NCBI RefSeq assembly: GCF_009914755.1
Contig: NC_060937.1
Length of the DNA: 64,000 bases
Reading direction: 5' to 3' (one strand)
DNA from: the human T2T-CHM13v2.0 reference genome, Homo sapiens
The notes below the pieces were generated by a model. It was not told the origin of the DNA and made no database searches. It worked only from the letters and a program-made list of their open reading frames with translations. The position numbers were made by a program, and so were the translations under genes. Below, one piece after another: positions 1-15,103 of the stretch. How positions within the stretch are numbered: the first letter of the stretch is position 1; each line of letters begins with the position of its first letter.

Positions 1-7
1 CATTTTA

Positions 8-12
<5 letters not shown>

Positions 13-54
<42 letters not shown>

Positions 55-70
55 AAAGTGAGAGAGAGAG
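13..70. repeat. (TG)n microsatellite followed by short (AG)n
   Basis: Direct: pure TG run 13-50, then agagaaagtgagagagagag. Confidence 0.95.
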
Positions 71-71
71 T

Positions 72-446
72 TGTGAAGCTTTTTCAAGAAATTATTTTAT
101 ACAATTGTTGGGGTCCATTTAGGCAAATCTGTGGGGTGGGCCAGCCACAGACTGGAAAACCGGAAACTCTGAGTTAGGAGCTAAAGCTGCAGTCAACTTG
201 CATAACTTCTTCCTCAGGGAAACCTCAGTTTTTGCTCTTAAGGTCTTTCAACTGATTAGATAAGGCCAACCCAGATTATCAAGGTTAATCTTGTTCACTC
301 AAAGTCACCTAATGATAAATGTTAGACACATCTGCAAAATATTTTCAGAGCAAAACTTCTATTAGTGTTCAATTGAATAACTGAATACACTTGAATAACT
401 GAATACTGTAGCCTAGCCAAGGTGATACATTAAAATAAGCATCACA
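72..446 (-). mobile_element. MLT2 (ERVL) LTR, MLT2C/D-like
   Basis: Reverse complement of 410-446 (tgtgatgcttattttaatgtatcaccttggctaggct) matches the MLT2 5' end; body contains the typical ttcctcagggaaacctcagtttttgctcttaagg. Confidence 0.8.
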
Positions 447-473
447 ACATGTGAAAGAAAGAATATATGTAAT

Positions 474-502
474 ACATATACATATATATATATATATATA
501 TA
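474..502. repeat. (TA)n microsatellite
   Basis: Direct: tacatatacatatatatatatatatata. Confidence 0.9.
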
Positions 503-687
503 AACCTACTTATAGGATAAACAATTGGATACTTATTAGATTGTCTTGATGGAAAATGTCAGTACAATTATTCCATTTTACGGTTTGAAAACAAATATAA
601 CACTACTTTGATTATTTTCTATAAGTATAGTTTTATATTTTGTCACTAATAATGGAAATGGATGTTTTTTAACTGCGACTCAGTCAC

Positions 688-738
688 ATGTATTGGTAAA
701 CACAAATGATGTATTTGTAAACACAAATGATGTATTTG
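688..738 (+). repeat. 21-bp tandem repeat, about 2.4 copies
   Basis: atgtattggtaaacacaaatg / atgtatttgtaaacacaaatg / atgtatttg. Confidence 0.9.
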
Positions 739-2306
739 CACTGTAATATTTGAATTCTCTTTTTCACAGTAAGCACTTTTGTTTCTAATAAAATAAAGAA
801 GGTGAAATATCTTGATATTTTCTTGTGGGTTTGTGAAGAACAATGAAACAACATGGTATAAAAGAACTGCTCATAATTATGTAACATTTGTGAAATATAT
901 TGTTATTAACCATAGAATGATAAAAAAGAAGTGTTTATCTTTGATTGCAATAATAAAACATTATTAATTTTATTATAGGTGAACTCTATATAAACCACAA
1001 AAACAGATAGATGAAAGGTTCTTTTTAAACCTTTTTTGTAAAATTTATCCTTTGAAATATTCCTGTGAACATAATCAAATCGCTAAAATTATCCACCAAA
1101 AAGCGATGGGGAATTTTACTTCTTTGTGCAGAAAAATAATTTACAAAACAAATGTTTGAAAGTAACATCAATTTTCACTTTCAATTATTCAATAAATTGT
1201 TGAAATTATTTATAGGTTATTGATTATTAGTTTTCCAAACATTCAGTTATCAGAAAGCACATCAAATAGAGAAAAACATTTACACCTCCAACAGAACCCA
1301 ACAAATGAAACACAAGAGCAAAAACATGAAGAATCATGGAAAAAAAATAAAAAAAACCTGTTATTTTGTGACTTACGACCCACAAATCAGATTGGGCAGG
1401 GAAAGAATTTTAAAAGAACAATTTTTTTTGACATTTATGGATCATATATGACATACAATACTTCCGATAACAAAATATCTTCAAACTACAAAATAAGTTG
1501 AGGTTGGCTATGCAAAAACAAAACAATAAAAAACAAATAAGCAAAAATACCTTTACTATGTTAGAGCACATTAAGCCTTTTAAATGATATTTATAATTGT
1601 TAACTTTATGATGTGGAGATTTCCAGATAGTTGGATTTTTTTAATAAATGAAATGCTATTATATTTTACTATTCTATTATTACAGATAAATAATTTATTT
1701 CTGTCAAATTAGCAGAATAAAGAGTATTTTGGCCACAAAATCACAGTGTAGGTATTTTTGTTTTAAGCTGAGTAAAAATAATGTGACCTATGAATCTTGG
1801 CTAATTATTAGAGGAAGTAAGCAGCAGATTAATTATTTTGTTTTCTTTGGGAAATCTAAAACTAAACAAAATTCATGCAAAAGTGAAAAAAGTGTCTTCA
1901 ACTTCCACTTACCCTAAAATTTATTTCAAAATTAATTTTCTACCCATTTTAATATATTTATTACTTTCTTATAAAAGGTACATTTTTGCATTAGTATAAC
2001 TTGAAACTTTAGAATATTTAATAATCCTAAAAAATACAATCCTGAACAGCTGTCAAGTCTGCAAATTAAAAGTAAACATAAACAATTTGAGGCAAATAAT
2101 TATTAGATTATCATTAATATAAGAAATATATTATTTTTATGTGGCAAAATGCAAAAATTTTATAATACAATATATTTTAATATTGTTTTGTGCATTTTAT
2201 TATGATGTTAAATTGCCATATGTTAAAATATTTATGTTTTCAGGTTGAATTACATAACTATTTGGTAATCATTGGTTTGTAGCTGCCTGGAAGTGTTGAG
2301 ATAGAG

Positions 2307-2611
2307 CAGGGGTCCCTAAGCCCTGGGACACACGGGTACTGGTCTATGACCTGTTAGGAACTGGGTGCCACTGCAGGAGGTGAGTGGCCGATAAGAGAGC
2401 ATTATTTCCTGAGCTCTGCCTCCCGTCAGATCAGCAGCAGCATTAGATTCTCACAGAAGCGCCAACAACCCTATTGTGAACTGCTCATGTGAGGGAGCTA
2501 GGTTGCACACTCCTGATGAGATCTAACTAATGGTTGATGATCTGAGGTGGAATAGTTTCAAATTGTTTTCCCCAAACTTGTCCCTGGTGCCAAAAAGGTT
2601 GAGGACTGCTG
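2307..2611 (+). mobile_element. MER1B (hAT-Charlie DNA transposon)
   Basis: Termini caggggtccc... and ...aaaaaggttgaggactgctg; internal cagatcagcagcagcattagattctca; 8-bp TSD agatagag (2299-2306) / aggtagag (2612-2619). Confidence 0.9.
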
Positions 2612-3989
2612 AGGTAGAGAAGGCCAAGAATCAGTGGATTATATGAATATAAGAATTGAGAGTTTGGAGAGGTAGTAACAGTACAACAGACCCACAGTTT
2701 GCTGCTTCTAGGACCCTGTCTCTCTCTCTCTCACAATATTATCCTATTAGAAACTGAACATTTTCTGGACTTGAGTGCTTTAAATATGAAAAAAGTGTAT
2801 TTATAAACCAAATAATTTTGTCCAATGACCATGACAAAATACTCATAATTCTAGACTCCAGTTTATGCCCAAATAAAATGATAGAAGTTTTACAGTTCTT
2901 TGTGTATATTTTCTTACTTTTGCCTGGTCAGGGGATAGTTTTGTTCTGTTTTGTTTTTGAGATTATAATCTAAAATTTAAATATATTAAGTGATCACCTA
3001 CCAGACAGGAATTGAAGTTTGTGATGCTCTTCTGAGAAGTTTTTTCATGGGAGATATTCTCTTCTATTTCTAGCATGGTGGTAATAAATATACAATCCCA
3101 TTGATTTTATTACTTCAGATTATATTTAAGTTGCAAATGGATAGCTTGTAAACTTTCATTTCAAGTAATATTTATTGGAACACTTTTTGTTCCTTAAGAT
3201 AATGCCTTAGTTTATTATTTAAGCTGAAAGAACAGACCCTTCTTTTCTATTACTTTCCTTGAACTCAGGTTTGTTGATTTCCTTTTAATTTTATTTTAAA
3301 GGAAGTTTTGTTTTGCCATTTATGAAAAACCTAATGCAGCTTTACAGTCTTCTAATTTAGTCCAAAAAAACAGTAATATGGAACGAATAATATTCATTGA
3401 AGGTGACTGAGATGCAATTTTAAGGAAATAAAAAATGTATACATTTCTATATAACACCTTTCCTTCCCCCAGTGAAAACTACACAATGTAACCATAAATT
3501 ACTGTCCTTTCACTTCTTCATTGCATGAGTGAAAGGGTGTGAGAATGCTCATTCAGTTGGGAAATCAAATTGACTTAAAATACCACAGTGAGATAGTGGA
3601 AAACGCTACATACTCACTGTTTTGAAAATATATTTAAATTTATGTATGCATTTCCAGAAATATTCATCTCATGTCTCTACACATATAATAAAAGCAATTT
3701 ATTCCAATATACATCCTTTTACTGTCATTGTGATATTCTCAGGAAATATTCAAATTAGTTTATATTCTAATATGGAAAACTGAGGCATCATGAAATTATC
3801 ACATACGTTTAATTTTGCTTCTGATATTTATTTTCATGACTTTTTTTTAAGTGTGGGAAAATAAGCCCCTTTCTGTCATCCTACCTTTCCTGTCCTGTTT
3901 AAATGCACTTATGCAGACATTTATTTGAGAAAAGTCTAGGTGTCATTTGCCCATGTACTTTAAGGCGTTAAGTACCTAGGACATAAAAT

Positions 3990-4725
3990 CACCTAAAGTT
4001 TAAGCAGTTAGTGGTAACGTGTTTGAAAATAAACTCCTGATCTTTTCCTTTAAAATTGATCCCACAGATTCTTTACCATGTCAATCAATAGCTGCTCTAT
4101 CATCTTAGATTTTCAGGAAAAACAGTGTATATATAAATCATCCTTGACTCTTTTCCTCTCACATTTCACATTATTAGTCAGTAAACTGTATTGACTTTAC
4201 CTTAGAAATACAGTCATTCCTTGGTCTCCACAGGGGCTTGGTTTCAGAAACCCTGTGGATACTAAAATTCATGGTTGCTCAAGTCCATTATATAAATAGT
4301 ATAATATATGCAAATCACCTATGCACAACCTCCTGTATATGTTAAGTAATCTCTGGATTACTTACAATAATGTATATAAAAACTAAAAACAGAACTACCA
4401 TATCATCCAGGAACCTCAATACTGGGTATTTATCTAAAATAACAAAATAAGAAAATATAATTGATAAACTCTATTGTTTAGAAAATAATGACAAGGAAAA
4501 AAAAAGTCTTTACTTGTTCAGTACCTATACAACCATCATAGGCTCAACAACATAGAACATTCCAGAAAAAAACAAAGCATTTTCTGGATAAAAAAAAATT
4601 TTGATCTTCAGTTAGTCAGATTAGTGGATGTGGAACCTGTGAATATAAAGGACAAACTCTATATCCAGAATCCAACCTCTTCCCACCAATTAATATTATC
4701 ACATACTTTCATCACTACCACTCTG
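3990..4725 (+). mobile_element. L2 LINE fragment, split by MER2
   Basis: L2-like ...ctttaccttagaaata | tatccagaatccaacctcttcccacca... continues across the MER2 insertion. Confidence 0.6.
4211..4659 (+). mobile_element. MER2 (TcMar-Tigger non-autonomous)
   Basis: TA-flanked; 5' cagtcattccttggtctccacagggg...tggatactaaaattcatggttgctcaagtcc; 3' tggatgtggaacctgtgaatataaaggacaaactc|ta. Confidence 0.85.
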
Positions 4726-5449
4726 TTAGCATGCTAAAGATCCTAAGCTGAGCAAAACCTTACAGATAGGAAGGAGCGGAGCTGTGAATTTAAAAACAAG
4801 AGACCTGACTATAGCAGGATATAAAAGTAAAGTCTAATTTTTAAGACTATTCAGACTATGAAGAGTTGACTCAGTTGTTAAATTTATTATGGTTTTTATT
4901 GCTATATTTTAAGTAAGATAATAAATGAAACTCGTAATATCTCTTTTTCACGTTTGTATAAGCACTTGACTGATTTGCATTTGATATGTGCTCAGTGCAT
5001 GTTACTAGATATGTTTTAGCTCAATTTCTTGATAAATATCTATAAAATATTTAAATGTGTGCTAATATTAGCACTAGGATGCTTACACATAATGTTTCTT
5101 CTGATTCACACAAAAATTGCCTAAGAATTGCCAGTGCTCCATCCCCCGATTGCATGCAAAGATACTGAGAAAGGTAAAGAGAACTTGTGACATTGGTATC
5201 ACTTATTATTGATATTATTTGGATATCTTAAAAACAATAGCTAGTACCCCACCTTTTTTACATGTACACAAAATCCTTTACATGAAGGTTTAACAAACCT
5301 TTTCTGGTAAACAGACACATAGTAAATATTTTTACTTTGCTGATCATGCAATATCTACTACAACTATTATAATTCAGGAATTTTAGAGAATCATAAGAAA
5401 GAAATGAATGAGCAGTGTGTTCCAAAATCTTTATTTCTAAACACATATG

Positions 5450-6124
<675 letters not shown>

Positions 6125-7316
6125 CTACATGACAGGCCAGATTTGGTCCATAAGCCATAGTTTGCTCACTGTTACATATAACAAGGACTTGGCAATTACA
6201 GTTATGTAGAAAGTGCCCAGTAAACTTTATCGAATTAATATTTACATCGGTTTAGTGAATGTATATAGTTTTAAAAACTTCAGAAGGTGACATCAACAAG
6301 ATGGGCTGCTGATGTGCTTACCACTTACTCTACTCACCACACAAAAAAGAACAAAACAAGAAACAACTACATTTCAACTAGAGTATCTAAATGAGAGTGA
6401 TGAAATACAAGAGAGTTGTAGAAACTCTGTAGAGCACAGAAACTCAGGATGTCCACACAGAGAAGGGAATAAAACATCCTGCCCCTGTTACCCCACGTGC
6501 CCAGTTGGGATCATCTCAAAACCAAGAGGGACTTCTCCCTGGGGAGAAAATGTAAGCAGGAGGGCCCCAGCAGCCCCTATTACTATCACAGACACCTGCA
6601 GTCTCTGCTGCAAGAGAATCCTCCAGTAATCACAGACCCTGAGCTTAGTTTGGGGAGCTGCCAGCAGTTCACATGGCTGCATTACTTCAGAAAGGAACCC
6701 ACATTGGGCACCCCAGCTGTGTCCCAACCTGCTACTGCATGGCACCATCTTGAAATTGGAGCCAGTGACAGAATATGTCCTGCACCAGGTGCTAATAGTC
6801 ACCGCATCTCTCCATCCTTGTGGCTCCACTGTCGTAGCTTGCTCACACACATGGTAGTATGCCTTTCCCTGGTCTAGCTGCTACAGCTCCCTACCCACTG
6901 AAAACAAGCAGCCTAAGAGGCATTTTATCTTTCTCATCCCAGTGGCTGCAGCATTCTGATCCTGGTTACTCAGAGACCAAGCCCAGTGGAACCGTTGTGA
7001 TCCCTGTGCCTGAGTCCACATAGCACCCTTTCCCAAAAGAAATATCAAGCCCTGCCCAGTAGGGAAACTGAGCTTAATCCAGTAGAGCAGATGTATGCCC
7101 CATTATTGTGTGAACCAGTCTAGATACTTGACTCCAGGCAAGCCACTATCAAAAGTCAAGACAAAGAGAGAATTCCAAAAGCAGCAAGAGAAAATTGTCA
7201 GGTCACAAATAAAGGAATCCCCATTAGACTCTTGGAAGGTATCTATGCAGGAATTTTGCAGGCTAGAAAAGAAAGAAATGGTATATTCAAAATGCTGAAA
7301 GAAAAAAGCAAAAAAG

Positions 7317-7649
<333 letters not shown>

Positions 7650-8034
7650 TCAGCCAAAAACATTATACACAGCAAAGCTATTCTACAGAAATGAAGCAAA
7701 AATAAAAGTTTTCCAGACAACAAAAAGCTGAGAGATTTCACACCACTAGCCAGGCCTTACAAGAAATGCTTACAGTGTGATTCAAGCAGAAGTGAAAAAA
7801 TAATAATAGTTGCCATAAAAACAAAAGAGTATGAAACTCCCTGGTAGAGGTGAACATATAATCAAATTCAGATAACTCCATTACTGAATGTTAGTATATT
7901 AATCTTCCAGATCTCTATTATGAAGAGTAAACCTCAGAGTGGTCAATAATAACTACAGTTACAATATATTGTTAAGAAACACACAATATATAATGATGTA
8001 ATATAGACTACAACAAAATAACACATCATCTTTC

Positions 8035-8240
8035 TTACACGGTGAAGCTAAACATTGGGTATACAATGAAATAAAGATGGCAAAAATAGACACTGGGGAC
8101 TACTACAGGGAGGATGGAGGGAGGGGGGCAAGAGTTGATAAACTAACTATTGGATACTATGCAATATAGCCATGTAACAAACCTGCACATATTCCACCTG
8201 AATCTAAGATAAAAGTTGAAATTGTTAAAAAAAAAAAAAA
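8035..8240 (+). mobile_element. 5'-truncated old L1PA (PA15/16-like) 3' end
   Basis: atagacactggggactactac...atgtaacaaacctgcacat...tgaatctaagataaaagttgaaatt followed by poly(A). Confidence 0.8.
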
Positions 8241-8572
8241 GTTTGAGGGATGGGAAAGTCTGCAGTATTTGTATGTGAACAAAGTTAAGTTTTATCAGCT
8301 TAAAATAGTTTATTATAACTATAAGAGTTTTAATAAGTCCCATGGTAACAATAAAGAAAAAAAATACAGCAGAAAAGAAAGAGCAATAAATCTGTTTAGC
8401 AGTATAGAAAACCACCAAAACATAAAAATAAGCAACAAGAGAGGAAGAAAGGAACAAACAATTTACAAAACTACAAGAAAATAACTAACAAAATGGCAGA
8501 AATAAGTCTTGATTTTTCAATAATAAGCTTGAATTTAAATACATTAAATTCTTCAATTTAAAGATATGGAGT

Positions 8573-8687
8573 AGGAGATGGATCCCCACTCTCTATGATG
8601 TGCTTTTTTCACTTTGCATGCCGGTACCAAAACATCTCATGTAATGCATAAATATATACACCTACTGCTATCCACAAAAATTTTAAA
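8573..8687 (+). mobile_element. Very short L1MA1-3-like 3' end
   Basis: caaaacatctcatgt...ataaatatatacacctact...ccacaaaaatt; degenerate TSD aaagatatggagt (8560-8572) / aaagatataaagt (8688-8700). Confidence 0.75.
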
Positions 8688-9534
8688 AAAGATATAAAGT
8701 GTGTGAAGGAAGAAAATATTGAAAACCAACTATATGCTGCCCACAAGAGACTCAATCCAACTGTTGGTACACAAGTAGACTGAAAGTGAAGGGATGGAAA
8801 AAGATATTCAAGATATTCCATGAAAATGGAAACAAAAGGACAATAGAAATAGCTATACTTACAATAGAAAAAATAGACTTTAAGTAAAAATCTGTTAAAA
8901 AAATGATAGAAAAGGTCATTATATAATTGTAAATAGGTTAATTCAGTTAGAGGATATAAAAGTTGTAAATATACATGCATCCAACAACACAGCACCCCAA
9001 TATGTAAAGCAGATATTATTAGATCTAATGGGAGACATAGAAAGCAATACAATTATAGTTGGAGACTTCAAGGCTTCACTTTTAGCAATGGAAATATCAT
9101 CCAGATAGAAAATCAACAAATAAATACCAAATTTAAACTGCACTTTAGAACAAATGGACCTAATGGACACATACAGAGCATTCCAACAACTGCAGAATAC
9201 ACATTCTTCTCAACTATACATGGAACAATAAAATATTCTGCAACATAGATTATATAACATGCCACAAAACAAATCTTAACAAATTTGAAAAGATGGAAAT
9301 AATATAAAATCTCTTTCATGACCACAATGGTATAAAAATAATAATCAACAACAGGAAGAACTTCAGAAACTTTACAAATACTTCAAAATTAAACAATACA
9401 CTTCTGAATAACCAATGATTTAATGAAGAAATTAAAAGAGAAATTTAAAATTATTGAGACAAATAGAAAAGACACATCACAGATCCAAACCTGCAGGATA
9501 CAGCAAAAGCAGTTCTAAAAGGGAAGTTTATAGC

Positions 9535-10212
<678 letters not shown>

Positions 10213-13200
10213 AAAAGAAAACAAAACAGAAAGATCTCAAGTAAAAAACCTAATGTCGTATCTCAAGGAATTGGAAAAACAAAAACAAACTCAACCCCAA
10301 ATTTATAGAAGGAAGAAAATAATAAACATTAGAGGTGAAATAAGTGAAATAGACTGTAAAAACATTACAAATAATAAAAAAATGAAGAATTGGTTTTTTA
10401 TAAAGATAAGCAAAATTGACAAACCTTTAGCTAGATTAAGAAAAAAAGGGAGAAGACTCAAATAAAATCAGATAAGAAAAAGGAGACATTAAAAATGATA
10501 GCACAGATTTACAAATGTTCATAAAATACTGTTATGCACAATTGTATGCCAGCATATTGGATAACTTAGAATGAATGAATAAATTCCTGGATGCATACAA
10601 TCTGCCAAGATTGAACCAAGAATAAACAGAAAACCTGAACAGACCAATATGAGTGAGAAAATTGAATCAGTGATAAAAGTCTCTCATCAACGAAGAGTAC
10701 AGAAACTGATGGATTCATTGCAGAATTTTATAAAATGTTAAAAAAAAAAAACCTAATACCAATTTTTCTATAACTATTTAAAATAATTAAGGAGGGAGGG
10801 GGGAATCCTTCCAACCCCATTCTGCAAGGCATGCATCGCCCTGATACTAAAACTACACAAGGACACAATATAAAAAGGATAATACAGGGCAATATTCCTG
10901 ATGAACATAGATGCACATATTCTTAACAAAATACTAGCAAACTGAATTCAATAGCACATTAAAAATATAATTTGCCATAATCAAGTGCAATTAATCCCAG
11001 GGATGCAAGAATGGTTCAACATATACAAAGCAATAAACATTATATATCACATTAACAGAATGAATTACAAAAGTTATAGAATCATTTCAACAATTGCAGA
11101 AAAAGTATTTGAGAAAAGTCAGCATCCCTTCATAATAAAAAGTTTCACCGAAAGTATAGAAAGAATGTACCTTAATATAATAAAGGTCATATATGACAAC
11201 CCATAACTAACATCATACTGAATGAGGAAACTGAAAGGTTTTTTTTCTAAGATCCAAAACAAGATAAAGATACCTATTTTTTTAACACTTCTATTCAACA
11301 TAGTACTTGATGTCCTGGCCAGAACAATTAAGCAAGAGAAAAAAATAAAATGTATCAAAATTGGAAAGGATAAACTTAAATTGTTTCTGTTTGCACATGA
11401 TAGGATATTATATGTAGAAAACTTTAAGGACTTCACAAAAAATCTGTTAGATCTAATAAACAAATTTAGTAACGTTGCAGGGTACAAAATTAACATACGA
11501 AATTACTAGTGTTTTCATATGCCAAAATTGAACTATCTGTAAAAGAAATCAATAAATTAATCCCATTCCCAATAGCTACAAAAATTAAAATTTTTAGTAA
11601 TAAATTTACCCAAGTAAGTAAGAATCTCAACACTCAAAACTATAAAACGTTGATAAAAGGAAGTGAGGAAGGTACAAATGAGTGGGAAGCTACCTCATGT
11701 TCATGTGTTAGAGGAATGAATATTGTTAAAATATTCATACCATACTACCCAAAGCAATTTATAAGTCAAATGCAATCGTTATGTAAATACTAATGACATT
11801 ATTCACAAAAAAAAAAATCTTAAAACTTGTATGGAACCCATAAAAGGCCCAAACAGCTAAAGCAATCACAAACAAAAACAATTAAAGCTGAAGGTATCAC
11901 CCTACCTGGCTCCTAAGTATACTTCAAAGCTGTAATAAGCAAAACAGCATGGTACTGGCATAAAAGCAGACAAACAGCCCAATGGAACAGAATAGAGTTA
12001 CAATATAAATCCTTGCATTTAAAACTAACTGGTTTTTGACAAAGGTGCTGAAAACACATAATGAAGAAAGGGAAATATCTTCTGTAAAAGATATTAGGAA
12101 AATGGGATATACATATGCAGAAGGAAGCTAAACCGTGACTCAAGCCATATACAAAAATTAATTCTAAACCAATTCAATAAATGTTTGAATTTCATGTTGA
12201 ACCTAATTCAAATGTTAGACCTGAAACTGTGGAACTACAAGAAGAAATCTTAGGGATAAAAACATCCATGACACTAGTCTTGCCAGTGATTTTTTTTTTT
12301 GAAAATGACCTGAAAAGCATAGGCAACAAAAGCAAAAATATAAATGGGATTACCACAGACTAAAAAGTTTTTGCACAGCAAAGGAAACAATAAATGGAGT
12401 AAGGAGAAAATCTACAAATTTAGAGAAATCACCTAATGCATCTTATAAGGAGTTAATATTCAAAATATACAAGAAGCTCAAACAACCCACTAACAAGGAA
12501 ACAATTAGCCATATTACAAAATAGGCAAAAGACCCATATAGGCATTCTCAAAGAAGACATACAAATGACCAACAGGTATTTGAAGAAAATGCTTAACATC
12601 ACTAATAATCATAAAAATACAAATCAAAACCATAATGAGACATCACTTCACACCTGTTAGAATGGCCATTATAAAAAAAACAGAAGAGAACAAGCATTGG
12701 TGAGGATGTGAAGAAAAGAGAACCCTTATATACTCTTGATGGGAATGCAAGTAACTTAGTGTAGCTGTAATTTAAAACATTGTGGAATTTCTTCAAAATA
12801 TTAAAAGTTCAACTACCATATGATCTAAAAATTTTGCTACTGAGTATGTATCCAAAGGAAATGAAATAAGTATGTTGAGGAGCTATCTGCACTCTCATGT
12901 CTATTGCAGAACTATTCACAATAGCTAAGATATGGCATCAACAGAAGTGTCTATGAACAAGGAATGGAAATAAATGTGGTATATATACATAATGGAATAC
13001 TACTTAAACATAATTAGAATGTAATCCTGTCATTTGTGACAATGTGGATCAACATGGAAAATATATTTTAAGTAAAATAATTTAGGTGCAGAAAGAAAAA
13101 TACCACAAGACCTCTCTTACATGTGGAATCTTAAAACACTGATCTCATAGAAGGGTGGAGTAAAATGGTGGCTACCAGAGGCTGAGGAGGTTGGGTGGGG

Positions 13201-13272
13201 AGTGAGAGAGGTGGAGATGTTTGATTTTCTCCAAGCATATATAATTACAGTTATGTAGGAGGAAAACAAGTT

Positions 13273-13981
13273 TAGAATAGGCAAATATATAGAGACAGAA
13301 ATAAATAAGTGGCTTCCTGGGGCTGGATTAGTTGCTATGTATTTCAGTCCTTTACTTTGGGTATACTTTTAAAATGTATTGTGTATGATTTGTATTGAAA
13401 ATCTTGAATGTGACATTGATTTCATTCAAGGATTATGGTTCATCCAACTTCAAAGTTGTTATCATGGGTATCTAAAATTTCTAAAATACTTTGCCAAGTT
13501 CGAAGAACCAACTGTATAATCCCAGATCAGGCACTGCTCCTGTGTATTGTTCAACAACAGAATTGGATAGTATGGAATACTGGTAAAATAACTAAGTCCT
13601 AGCACAAACATATTGAAGTACAATTCAGATTTATAACACATTTAGTCATTAAAAGCAATATTTACTTTTAAGAATTCTTTCCTAATTTGATCTTTAAAAT
13701 TGTTTAGGCTTAATAAAGTTTCTGCCACTTAAATTACTTACTGATTACTTTCATAGCAAGTATAAGGGGTGGGGTACACAGGATAGGTGAGGAATAGGGG
13801 AGAAACCGGGAATGACTGCCAATGTTAGGGAGTTTCTTGGGAGGTGAAAATGTACTAAAATTGAGTGTGGTGATGGTTGCATAACTCTGCAAACATACTA
13901 AAAATCATTAGATTGTACACTTTAAATGGGTGAATTGTATGATGATATGTTAATTATATCTTAACAAAGCAGTTTAAAAAA
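13273..13981 (+). mobile_element. L1MB-type 3' end interrupted by a duplicated segment
   Basis: agaataggcaaatatatagagacagaaa...gtggcttcctggggctgg [insert] ...gaatgactgccaatg...gtggtgatggttgcataactctg...ttgtacactttaaatgggtgaattgtatg...aaagcagtttaaaaa. Confidence 0.85.
13316..13763 (+). repeat. 448-bp direct repeat, copy 1 (inserted copy)
   Basis: Base-by-base match to 14656-15103 with 4 substitutions and no indels. Confidence 0.98.
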
Positions 13982-14655
13982 TGAAACAGAAGAAATTAGA
14001 ATTTTTGTAAGCATTTACTATTAACTTTACTATTAAATCAATAAAGAAATCAGTAAATACACCAAATATTTATGTTTACCTTCTGAAGGATTATATACAT
14101 ATGTCAACATCTCTCTATATAAAATTATTTGGTTAAGACACAGTTTATAGCCTTTTAACTTTATTACAGTACACATAAGCATGTGCATTAGGCTTACAGA
14201 ATAATCTGTAAATTGTCCTGTTTTCTGTAACTTAAAAATTTAAACTGATATGTAAAAATATCAAATGAGTTTCTTCCATTTGACTAGTTTAGAGTAAATG
14301 TAACACATTTTTATGTATGCTGTATTCAAGGCATGCCTTTATTCTAATTTTAGCTGCCAAATAGAAAAATAGATGTAGAATACAGTTGTACAAGAAAAAT
14401 GACAGATATTCAAAGTATCATTTTTTCAGCATATAACATAATTTGCAAGGTATTCCATATTATTGAATAGCTGAGTGTATTTAATATTATTATTTATGTG
14501 TTTCATATGATGTAACTAAGAGCTTGTGCTTATGAAAGCAATCCTGTTTTCCTTATTAAGGATGTTATAAGCACCACATGTTTAAATGCAGTAAACAGTA
14601 CAGCTAAATTCAAAGGCTTACGAGCAGTGAAAAATAAGCCAGCTGTTCATATACC

Positions 14656-15103
14656 CCTGGGGCTGGATTAGTTGCTATGTATTTCAGTCCTTTACTTTGG
14701 GTATACTTTTAAAATGTATTGTGTATGATTTGTATTGAAAATCTTGAATGTGACATTGATTTCATTCAAGGATTATGGTTCATCCAACTTCAAAGTTGTT
14801 ATCACGGATATCTAAAATTTCTAAAATTCTTTGCCAAGTTCGAAGAACCAACTGTATAATCCCAGATCAGGCACTGCTCCTGTGTATTGTTCAACAACAG
14901 AATTGGATAGTATGGAATACTGGTAAAATAACTAAGTCCTAGCACAAACATATTGAAGTACAATTCAGATTTATAACACATTTAGTCATTAAAAGCAATA
15001 TTTACTTTTAAGAATTCTTTCCTAATTTGATCTTTAAAATTGTTTAGGCTTAATAAAGTTTCTGCCACTTAAATTACTTACTAATTACTTTCATAGCAAG
15101 TAT
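14656..15103 (+). repeat. 448-bp direct repeat, copy 2 (donor, in unique sequence)
   Basis: Offset 1340 bp from copy 1; flanks are non-repetitive. Confidence 0.98.

Noticed and set aside
1220-1501. 93-aa ORF
   Set aside because: Non-ATG start, A-rich compositional bias, no homology I recognise.
5059-5074. Perfect 16-bp palindrome gtgctaatattagcac
   Set aside because: An 8-bp arm match is expected about once per 65 kb by chance.
13316-13763. Duplicated segment as an L1 3' transduction or processed retrocopy
   Set aside because: No poly(A) or TSD; donor is adjacent and the junction shows microhomology, favouring DNA-templated repair.
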